Shown: piece by piece, positions 11,001-19,611 of the stretch | Position numbering within the stretch: position 1 is the stretch's first letter | Layout of the letters: the number at the start of each line of letters is the position of its first letter | From: Catajapyx aquilonaris | Lineage: Eukaryota | DNA: 20,000 nucleotides | Direction: 5' to 3' | Assembly (NCBI GenBank): GCA_000934665.2 | Contig: KZ538373.1 | Coordinates: 56,854-76,853 of the forward strand | The notes under the pieces: model-generated | What the model was told of the DNA's origin: nothing | The model's input: only the letters and a program-made list of their open reading frames with translations | The model's database searches: none | Made by a program: the position numbers and the translations under genes

Positions 11001-14000
11001 TCACCACTGCCACACTCCCATCTTCTTCCTCATCCTCCGCTGTAATTCCATACTTGGAAAAGTGCTTCACACGAAACACCCACGACCCAGTCTCAGGCCG
11101 GTATTCCACAAAGGTTGAGTTTAGCTTCGCACAGGTACGCACCAGCTTTTCTTCATACCTGGAATCCAACAGTGGTTGTCACAAACCATTGGCTACACTA
11201 GAACACGCAATTCCACCAACTTACGCCATTGCCTCGAGCCTTTCTGGGTTTGTGATTGGCCTCTTTATGGTCTTGTCCATCGGCCAGACTCTGTCTAGAG
11301 TCACCTGAGCAGGCCTATTCAGTCCCTCCCCTTCAGGAGGTTTGTCCTGGTCATCTGGATACACCACAACTTCCTTCAAGCGAAGATGCACCAGCTTGTC
11401 CAGGTCCAGACCAGACACATCCAGTGGCCCATCGTAGTAAAGGCTGCCGTAACCCTGCCTCCCAATGGTGAAGTCCTCCACCAAGCAGGAGCCATCTTCA
11501 GGGTTGGTCAGCTCAGCAAGTTCCTCCAAGGATGGAATGGTGTAGTAGCCAGGGCGACGAAGAGTGATGCCGGCTGGGTGGACTGTGCTGGTTGGAGTTG
11601 CTCTGCCTGCGTTCATGGAAGGCTCTCCATCAATCCATGATTCCATATCACCTGTACATGACAAAAGTTTCAAGTTAGAAACAGGCCATTTCCAATGTGA
11701 CAGCCAATTGCTTACCACGTGATTCGTCAAGATCGTTGAAACCCAGCCTGCCGACCTCTCTGTGATCATCCGTGCTCGAATCAGCAAGGGCCTGCCTGAG
11801 CTCCCGCTGCCTCTCCTTTGGCATGCCCAAGATGTCCCCTACTCCAGAATTCTCTCTGCTCCCAACTGGCCTGCCTTCTCTCTCGGGCAACCTGTTCCCT
11901 TCCCTGCTGTTCCCATTCTGAGCCACTACACTGTCACGATTCGGGGGCGACTGCTGGCTCTGTGGCCTAATTACCAGCCTCTTGACGCTGTGCTTTGGCA
12001 CAAAGATCTCTGCTCCACCAGGGGTAGAGGGGTCATCATCCTCACCAAATCCATCAAAGAGACCAGTGGAGGAGTTTGGAGTCAGCTGCACTGGGCGAGG
12101 CTTGATCTTCACAGTTATCCTGAGAATTGAAAAGACACTGATTGAAGTCACGAATAATTAACATACCACGTCCAAATACTGACCTTGGGGAGACCTTGTA
12201 CAGAGCCACGTCGTTAACTGCCTTCTGTGCAGTTGGATTAGTGGGCATGAGCACCTCTTCTCTCCTCCCGCTGGCAGTAACCCCTCTGAACAGTGGGGAA
12301 TCTCCAAACGGACTTGAGGCCAGTGCCAGTATCTGCTGCTGAGCCGAAGACGACGCTTCCTGGATCCCCACAGTGCCCAAGGTGCCTCCTCCCAATCCAC
12401 CGCCTCCCAAACTGCTCATGCCTCCACCCAAGGTAGACCCAAATCCCCCCATCAGTCCCCCACCACTCAGAGATCCTCCTCCCAGGGTGCTTCCCGAGCT
12501 GAAGCCAGACCCAAACATCATCCCCGTCTTGTTGCCTCCAGCTGAGAACATGGTCCCACCACCAAGCCCAGTGCTACCAGTGGCAGGCGTCTGACCAAAG
12601 CTGAATCCGCCAGAGCCGAGCCCTGGGGCCTTGGCAGGCTGGCTGAAGAACGTGGAGGCTGGGGCAGAGGCACCGAAGGTCAGGCCTCCTGTGCCTCCGA
12701 GACCGGGAGCAGTGGAAGAAGTGGTGCCAAAGGAGCCGAAGGGCTGGGTCTTCTGACCAAACAGACTCTGAGTGGTGCCTGGCTGCGTTGCCTGATTGAA
12801 ACCCGGCAGCCTTGTGGAAAGGAAGAAACAATAAATTAGCATTGTCATACTACACGCTGATATACCACAGGGATACGAAGAATCTCAATTAATGCAACAC
12901 TGTGCCGAAATCAATAATACTGCTGCCCGTATTACTACATGAATATGTTCACAGCACAATCTTGCAAGTGGGCAATCTTTTGGCACAAAAAAAAAACCAA
13001 CGGCAGGATCAAACTTGAACAATAACCGTTGACGTTGACGTTTCAACTTGTGAAACATCTTCCGCTGCCATGCCTGCTTCATCATCCTTCCCTTGCACTC
13101 CAAGAGCAGGAGTAAAGCATCTGCTCCTGAAGCTATCCTACATCCCACATATTGTGTTCAATGTTGAAACCACGGTAATGCATTATAAGCAAACTCACCC
13201 AGTGGAACCAGGCAGGGTGGATCCAAAGTTGGTCTTTGGCGCGTTGAAGAGGCCGATCTGTTGCTGCTGCTGCCCCTGCTGCTGCTGCCCTTGGGTGCTG
13301 CCAAACACGCCAAACCCTGCCCCTGGAGCCACGGTGTTGCCGGGAACCGTCCCTGTGCCAAATGCGCTCGTCCCCTGCTGGGGGGTGCTCCCAAAGAGGC
13401 CGCCGCCACTTTGAGGAGCAACCACTCCAAACGTCTTGTTGGGTTGGGCACCAAACAAGCCTGTTGCGAAGAGAAGAATTAAATTCAACCTGTTACGCTA
13501 CTGATAAGTTGGACATTTACCTCCCGCGGTACTGAAACCAGTGGTGGTGGATGTAGCGGCTGGGTTCCCAAACACCGTGGGTGCCTTGCCGAAGAATCCC
13601 CCAGTCGCAGCCCCAGCAGCAGTCCCAGTGTTCTGCGCCTGATTAAAAAAGCCTGTTCCGAAGCCAGTCTGGGCAGTGCCAAACATAGACTTGTTCTGTG
13701 GGGCCCCAAACAAGCCTGACGTACTGACAGTGGCTGGGGTGGGGCCTGTGGCAGCCCCAGTGCCGAACAAGCCCCCTCCAGCCTGGGCAGCACCAGGAGT
13801 GAATATGGTGGCCGCCTGCCCTGGGACCTGCTGACCCTTGCGGTTGGCACTGTAATCCTCCATCCGCAGCTCCTCCAGGCTCTTAGTGTCATACTCCTTC
13901 ATGCACGTGATGCACTGATGCCGGGTGCTGATATTGTGAGACTGCCCATTTTTCATCATGGTATCTGTTCCGGTGGGTGGATTGAATTTGACTGTGGTGC

Positions 14001-14643
14001 CCACCAGGGCCCCAGTCGTCCCAAATGCAGTCGTGCCAAACAGGTTGGTCGTCCCAGGGGAAGCCACCACCGATGGCTGCCCAAAGAGGGACTGTGCCGT
14101 GGACTGCACTTGCTGTTGGCCCACCACCGGCTGGGCTGCATTTTGGGCACCAAAGAAGCCACTTGTGTTCCCTACGCCAGTCCCAAAACCACTGGTGCCT
14201 GGGGCAGCTCCAAACGCAGTCTTGGTCTGCCCAAATGTGGAGGTCGATGCTCCAAACAGGTTGCCTCCAGACACCTGGTTAATGAAGTCCACAAAATGAT
14301 TAACATGCAAGGCCTGACAATCTTGAGAAATGGGAAGTACTCTGACCTGTGGGGTTTGACTAAATGGCGATGCCGTGGAAGTGGTGGCAGTGGCCCCAAA
14401 CCCAAATCGAGGGACATTTGCCTGGCCAAATCCAGTGGATCCAAACAGTGGCGCTGCCGTCGCTGTGCCTGCAGTGCCAAACAAGGAGGGTGTTTGGTTG
14501 CCAAAAGACTGTGAGCCAAAGCTGGGTGTCGGAGCCTTGTTGCCAAACGCAGTCTGCCCAAAAGGATTGGCTGCTGTGGCATTCACATCATTGAAGCTGA
14601 ATGATGTTCCTGGCATGCCAAAGGTTTTGTTTTGCCCAAACAT
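8075..14643 (-). CDS. Nup98-96: Nuclear pore complex protein Nup98-Nup96 precursor; coding exons 14643-14347, 14274-13521, 13460-13199, 12810-12184, 12119-11716, 11651-11225, 11158-10783, 10716-10234, 10171-9713, 9652-9188, 9125-8838, 8781-8506, 8434-8075 (5478 nt, ~1825 aa)
   Basis: N-terminal FG/GLFG repeats. GLEBS motif [61 protein letters not shown]. Autoprotease domain [21 protein letters not shown]...[24 protein letters not shown]...[19 protein letters not shown]. Nup96 motifs [54 protein letters not shown]. All introns are GT-AG and the summed exon length is divisible by 3. Confidence 0.97.
11056..11064 (-). other. HF|S autoproteolytic cleavage site separating Nup98 and Nup96
   Basis: Minus-strand codons CAC TTT TCC (His-Phe-Ser) within [10 protein letters not shown], the conserved self-cleavage motif of Nup98-96/Nup145. 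Confidence 0.95.
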
Positions 14644-15056
14644 GCTGAGGAAAAAATATGGTTATTATGTAACAGTATAACCTTCATGAAAGGTGATGGC
14701 AAATTTTTTTATTTGCATAATTATCACTTAAATTGACATCTGATTAAATTCTGATAGCATCTTGCGGCAAACGGGGCAGTACAATGGGAAATCATGATGG
14801 GGCCTTTGAAGTTTTATGAAAATAATGTTCATGACCAATATGCTACACAAAAAATCAGCCATCCTCGATGATTGTTGTGAAAATTTAAATAACAAATTAT
14901 GGCAGATTCCTAGCGCCCTCTGTGACCATTTAAAATGCAAACAAAATGAAAATTCACAACTTTGAAGCATAGGTTTTCACTACGAGAGAACAGACATCAC
15001 ACATTTTCATCTATTATTATTAGGAACTTGCAACAAAAATTATTGGGGGCCTCTCA

Positions 15057-15183
15057 AGGTGCGTTTACATGAGAGCGATGTCATCGCCGAGTGATAACAT
15101 TACTGAGTAACCAGTATTGTTGAAGGCAAATTAAACATTATTGGTCACTTAGCTCATCAAATTGCTCACATGTAAACCTCGCT
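15057..15183. mobile_element. PIF/Harbinger-type MITE (127 bp) in the Nup98-96 5'-UTR intron
   Basis: Imperfect TIRs AGGTGCGTTTACATGAGAGCGAT / ATTGCTCACATGTAAACCTCGCT, flanked by a 3-bp direct repeat TCA (15054-15056 and 15184-15186). Confidence 0.72.
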
Positions 15184-15669
15184 TCAATAGCGAAAAGAAA
15201 GACATCGAGTAAAACGTAGTTTGACAGGTCAGACAAAATCTGGGGCCGCACCTAAGTTTTGGGGATGGTGACTGGCTGTACATGACACGACCTTACGTAA
15301 GATGACTGTGACAGCAAGACTGGTAGTTGTGATAGGCCAAAACCGTAAGGTAGTGCGGTTCAACCACTGCAATCTAATCTGTATTGTTTGACCTCACCTG
15401 TTGTATCAACATGGCTAACTAGCTTACCACTGTACACCCAGCACTGCCCAATCTGAAGGGCAAATCACCAAAATTGGTCTGACCCTCAATTATTTATTAT
15501 AAACACTTGTGTAATGTTTGCACAATGAGTTGAAATCAGGCGCAACATTGTCTGATAATCCGGATAGATCAAGGCAAGTGTACCTGCGGCCTGTTCCTGT
15601 CCCGCAGTGGGTGGTGCAAGGCCAGGGTGCCCGAGGGTCTCCGGCTCAACAGCAGCAGAGGAGGACCAC

Positions 15670-15980
15670 CACGGGCAACATGGCTATACTTCCCCCGCAA
15701 TAAACATGGCGGACAAGGAAGACCACCGCGAACACTACTTCCCTCTGCAGCCACCAGAGAGGCGCTCCGACCCCATTGGCAATAATGCCAATCAGAATTT
15801 AATCAGACTATTTAAATCTAGACGTAATTAATACACAGGTTGTAACTAGTGTGGAATTTAAATCATATTCGGCAGCCATCTTGGAGCTCCAGCCAATCAC
15901 AATATAGAGCTCCGAGTTCAGCCAATCAGATCGGAAGTCATGACCGTTGCAATTCAAGTTTGAACTTGTCAGAAATTCAG
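15670..15980. promoter_or_regulatory. Bidirectional Pol II-type promoter for Nup98-96 (minus) and the candidate telomerase RNA (plus)
   Basis: CCAAT boxes: ATTGGC 15775-15780, GCCAATCAG 15787-15795, AGCCAATCAC 15891-15900, AGCCAATCAG 15920-15929. YY1-type motifs: AACATGGC 15677-15684, AAACATGGCGG 15702-15712 and the opposite-strand GCCATCTT 15875-15882. ETS-like CGGAAGT 15932-15938. Inr-like TCAGAA with its A at 15979. The Nup98 ATG exon starts with a splice acceptor at 14645-14646, so an upstream non-coding exon is required. Confidence 0.7.
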
Positions 15981-16445
15981 AAGGGCTTCGGAGTTGGTGG
16001 CGGGAGGACGTGGCCTCGGGTCACCTCCTCCTCCTCTGAGAGGGGGTCGGGGGTGCCAGACCAGGGGCCGCCCTACCTGCCACGGGCACTAACCTAACCT
16101 AGGTGTCGTGGCTGGCTTCGGGAGATCTTTGGCCACTTGGAGCCTCGCTCCTCCTCAATTCAAAGATCTCCCCTGGGCTTGGTTGCCCTTCTTTTGGATC
16201 CAGTTTGGGCTTGGTTCGGTCAGGGATGATGCCCGCTGGGGTTCTTGAAAAAGCACCAGGCTGACCTTCGTGGTCGGCTGGGCAAGGACACCCCTGGAGG
16301 CGACCTGACCTCTCTCCCGCAGTGGCTGGAGGAGCATCACTGCGGGGGAAGGAACCAAGTCGGATCCTACAGAAAAATTGTGCAGGGTGCAGGGTCGTGG
16401 TGCACCAATCTAGCCCATGGCCCGGCCCACTAAGCACAGACACAC
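15979..16445 (+). ncRNA. TERC: Candidate telomerase RNA (TTAGG template, pseudoknot, box H/ACA), ~467 nt
   Basis: Template CTAACCTAACCTA 16089-16101 (complement of TTAGG repeats). Boundary helix GTGCC 16053-16057 / GGCAC 16085-16089. Pseudoknot: P2 GTGGCT 16108-16113 / GGCCAC 16131-16136 crossed by P3 GGGAGATCTTT 16120-16130 / AAAGATCTCCC 16162-16172. P1 AGAAGGGC 15979-15986 / GCCCTTCT 16185-16192. Long arm closed by GGATCC 16196-16201 / 16362-16367. H box ANANNA (AGAAAA 16371-16376). 3' hairpin TTGTGC 16378-16383 / GCACAG 16434-16439, then ACA at 16440-16442. Confidence 0.82.
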
Positions 16446-16689
16446 CCATATTTTTTACAATATAAGATGTGATTGAAAATATTGCTGAAAATCTAGTCTT
16501 TTCCAGGTTGCCAAAGATGTACGGCCTGTAGCGACACATGCAGCGTATCGATGCCAGCAGTTCAAAACAAGCATTGTTCATTGTTGTCTCTTAAAAAGTA
16601 GAGTTGCTCTCCATTATTTTTGTCTTTGCTGGTGGTCCAAGCAAATAAAAAGAATAAACAATAGCAAAATTATTAGAAAGTCAAGTTTG

Positions 16690-17185
16690 AACATGCCCCA
16701 CAAGTACACCTGCATGTTCACTGTAAGAGTACCATAATTGTCTGAACTTGGAGGTGTACTTGGATACCTTCACCTCATCAGACCTGGTGCCTCTCTGAAT
16801 GACATGTTGAGTTTGACGGAAATCACCCAACATGACACCTGCGACACCTCCCATGACGCTGTCAGAATCTTGCACATCCTGCAGTGTTCTGTTCCGAGCT
16901 TCCACTTCTCCCTTGTGAGTCATAGTGCAATCATCCCAGATTATGATGCTGCAGTCTTGCAAAACTTTGGGCTCATGTGTCCGCTTCACGATGTTGCAAA
17001 CGGTGCTCTCGGCATACCCCAGATTAAAAGGCAATTTGAAGGCAGAGTGACCAGTGCGACAGGCTTGCAGCAGGGTGGCGGCAATTTCCGAGGAGGCAAT
17101 GGCAATGGTTAGTTCCCCAGATCGAATTCTTGCCAGCAGGATATTGGGTATAAATATTCTGACAGTTTTCTAGCATCTGGGACAA
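16690..17185 (-). mobile_element. Decayed Helitron Rep/Hel fragment (Pif1-family helicase domain)
   Basis: The minus-strand frame reads ILLARIRSGELTIAIASSEIAATLLQACRTGHSAFKLPFNL...CNIVK...KVLQDCSIIIWDDCTMTHKGEVEARNRTLQDVQDSDSVMGGVAGVMLGDFRQTQHVIQRGTRSDEV. This matches Helitron helicase motifs (ASSGIAATLL..GRTAHS..KLPL, IIWDECTM.H, GDFRQ.LPV). Walker A is degenerate and frameshifted (~17150-17180), and Walker B DE has become DD. Confidence 0.88.
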
Positions 17186-17234
17186 CAATTAAGTCCAACA
17201 TTATGCCCAAGCAAAGATGGCGGCCTTTCTGTTA

Positions 17235-17390
17235 AGGCCAAAACACAAAAAGATTTTGTGGCAGCGTCAAGCGGCAAACGCCTGCCCCGCCAATTATTAT
17301 TAATTGTTGGCAATAATACATGTAAATAATAAATATGCCGCAACGCGCGCCGTTTGCCGCGCGTTTTCTTTTTTTTGTGTGAAATGGCCT
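17235..17390. mobile_element. PIF/Harbinger (Tourist-like) MITE, 156 bp
   Basis: TIRs AGGCCAAAACACAAAAAGA / TCTTTTTTTTGTGTGAAATGGCCT; TTA target-site duplication (17232-17234 and 17391-17393); internal perfect inverted repeat GCGGCAAACG (17271-17280) / CGTTTGCCGC (17351-17360). Confidence 0.8.
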
Positions 17391-18102
17391 TTACAGCAGA
17401 ACTATTCCGTTGTCAACAACGGTTGATATGGCAATTCAAAATGTGACATACCTATACCAAAATCAACTGCTTTATACTATAAAGGATATGTGCTCCCTGG
17501 CATCGTAACGCAAACATACAAAATGCAGTGACAGGATTTCAGGAGATTTTTAAATCCGTACACTTTCGACATACACACAGATTTCTTTGAAAAGACTAAC
17601 TGAATAACAACATGTGTGGCTCATCAATTGCTTTCTTTACGTACACAAAATTTACATAAGCTTAATAATGGGTTAGTGCAAATTAATGTAGAAAGAAATC
17701 AAACTGGTGATAGGATCTGGTCCTTCTTGTGTCCCCCTGCAAGAAAGCTTCATCATTACAAAATTGGTCTTGGACATTTTGAGAATGTCAATAATTCATA
17801 ACAGTGTCCAAAGAAATGTACGATACAAAAAACATCAGCGTCAACATCCTCCAGCCCAAACAGTTCTAACACTCGATCAGTTCCATCTGCCAATAGCCAG
17901 CCAAGCTCTGATCACTTCTAAAAATTGATGACAGGAAGGAACAATCTTGTGCTTCACCATTGTCGACCCCCAGAGTAGCAAGTCACTGGCGGTTACACTC
18001 AGTCACAATAATCAACACCTACGGTCCAGTGAGTGCCACTACATCTCCCCAAACCTTAGGGTTCATTGTTGGGCTCCTGCTGGTTCTCCAAATTCCGAGC
18101 CA

Positions 18103-19611
18103 TCATGTCCAGTGGGCCTTGTCCGCTGCCGAGAGCACTCCTGGGACAGGCCCAACTCCAGCTCCCTCGACAGGGGCGGGCACCACTCCTGCCCCTGGAT
18201 CGGCCCCAGGTCCTGCAGCCCCTTGCCTCGCAGCAGCTCCTGCTCCTTGAAGTTCGTCCGTTAGATCCATCCCCATTCTGTTCTGCGTCCTCACCCAACC
18301 TTGATGGATCAATGTCTAGGTTGTTAGCTTGAGCTAGATAAACAGAACACATCAACAGTGAAAATTAGCTGATCTGAAATGTAAACACCCACTTTTCTGT
18401 TGTTTGGAAACATCCAGTACTGCATCTTTCTCTGTCTTCTTCACCCCTGCGCTACTTCCTCCTCCTTCCCCAGCCCCTCCAGAACCAGCTTGTGCTGCCT
18501 TTCCCAGTTCTCGGCTGCGTCCAGCTGGGCCTTGGCCTTGGGGTCGCTTGTCACTGGTTTGTCTTCAGGTTCACCACCCTCCTTTCCTGCTGATACCGCA
18601 AGTAAGAAAGTGAAGCCATGACACAACAGCCTTCATCTGAAGAGCTCTCTTTTGACAAAATGCTCCTCCGAGTCCATCCCGCCTCTTTATATTGCCTTTA
18701 AAAAACTGATGCACTGCAATTAAATGCTGTTAAAAACTGTTAAAACCTCCAGTAAAAAATGGATTGCAAAAATGTATAGCAGCTGGTTAGAAAAATTCAG
18801 GCAGAAACCTATGTCACAAGTCTGGATAAATTATTCATCATTGTAATTAAGCATACAAGCAAAGATTTCTCTAATCAAAAGACTCATGCTGGTCCGTTCC
18901 CTACATTTGAACCATTCCTCCAAAAATAAAAACATGCGACTCATTCAACTCACCAAGGTTTCCACTCTGTGAATCCTGATTCTGCTTATTGTCTTTCAGC
19001 TGCAATCCCTGCAAATATTGGAAGAGAATAAGTAAGTAAAACGGGGAGGTGTGGGTCGCCGAGATCCTTGAGTCTCGGCTTGCTGTGTGAAATGTCCCAG
19101 GTTCGATCCCCACCCGGGAGCTCCCCTTCGCCTGTGTCAGTTGGGTCTCTGACCCGCACCTTGGAGGCGTCTTGGCAACCTGACCTCCAGGCAGGGGGAC
19201 TGCACATGACCCAGTTTGAGACATCGCACTTGTACCTGTGTCCCTTCTCCAAAAATCCCTATTCCCTTCCCCATGTCCCTTTCTCCCTTGCACGGTGTGT
19301 GAAGAAAAAATTACAGAAAACTGATTGGTACAATGGTGGTGTGCCACCTCCCTAATGGAGCACAGATTCTTCCAATGGGGTGAAATAAAATAAATAAGTC
19401 AGTAAAACACCAGTTTACGTAACATGTGTCGCCTCAAGCCTGGTTGCAGCCAAGTCCTCACCTGCTCATCAATGATGGCCAAGAACTGCTTGAACTCCTT
19501 TTCCTTGGCATCCTTCACAGGATTGTGCTTCTCCTTCATCAACTTCTCACTGTTGCTCTGAAGTTTGGCGATCAGTTCGTCCTTCGTTGCCACACTTGTC
19601 TCCGTATTTTT
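18103..19611 (-). CDS. 3' exons of an unidentified gene (charged/coiled-coil then Gly/Ala/Pro-rich), possibly frameshifted; exons 19611-19462, 19008-18954, 18589-~18441, plus an uncertain terminal segment ~18335-18103
   Basis: Phase-compatible GT-AG exons give KNTETSVATKDELIAKLQSNSEKLMKEKHNPVKDAKEKEFKQFLAIIDEQ/GLQLKDNKQNQDSQSGNL/AGKEGGEPEDKPVTSDPKAKAQLDAAENWERQHKLVLEGLGKEEEVAQG*. No family recognised. The 5' end probably lies outside the window, and downstream coding-like sequence is in other frames. Confidence 0.5.
19043..19275 (+). mobile_element. tRNA-derived SINE-like element in an intron of the unidentified gene
   Basis: The head GGGGAGGTGT...GCTTGCTGTGTGAAATGTCCCAGGTTCGATCCCC...CTCCCC has a B-box (GGTTCGATCCC 19100-19110) and a tRNA-Ala-like anticodon/T arm, but a degenerate D arm/A-box. 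A GC-rich body and pyrimidine-rich tail follow. Confidence 0.6.

Noticed and set aside
12811..13198. Intronic snoRNA or cassette exon in the 388-nt Nup98 intron (C-box-like ATGATGA on the minus strand near 13079-13086)
   Set aside because: No downstream D box (CTGA) on that strand within the intron, no clear H/ACA layout, and no phase-compatible exon boundaries.
13261..13290. CTG/CAG trinucleotide repeat
   Set aside because: Short coding poly-Gln tract ([12 protein letters not shown]) in the Nup98 FG region; unremarkable.
16089..16101. CTAACCTAACCTA as an interstitial telomeric remnant or a transposon-borne TAACC microsatellite
   Set aside because: It is only ~2.6 units and sits exactly between a boundary helix and a pseudoknot inside a P1-closed domain followed by H/ACA boxes. 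A template reading explains the context better, though a repeat search is still needed.
16099..16581. 160-aa minus-strand ORF and other short ORFs over the GC-rich island
   Set aside because: No recognisable domain or splice context; expected by chance in GC-rich sequence; the extensive pairing points to a plus-strand RNA.
16600..16610. AGAG-TTG-CTCT mini-hairpin resembling vertebrate TR P6.1
   Set aside because: The loop is 3 nt rather than 5, and it lies ~155 nt downstream of the ACA box in AT-rich sequence, outside the predicted RNA.
19043..19126. Functional tRNA gene
   Set aside because: The D arm/A-box is degenerate and the spacing after the T arm does not give a proper acceptor stem; it continues into a SINE-like body.
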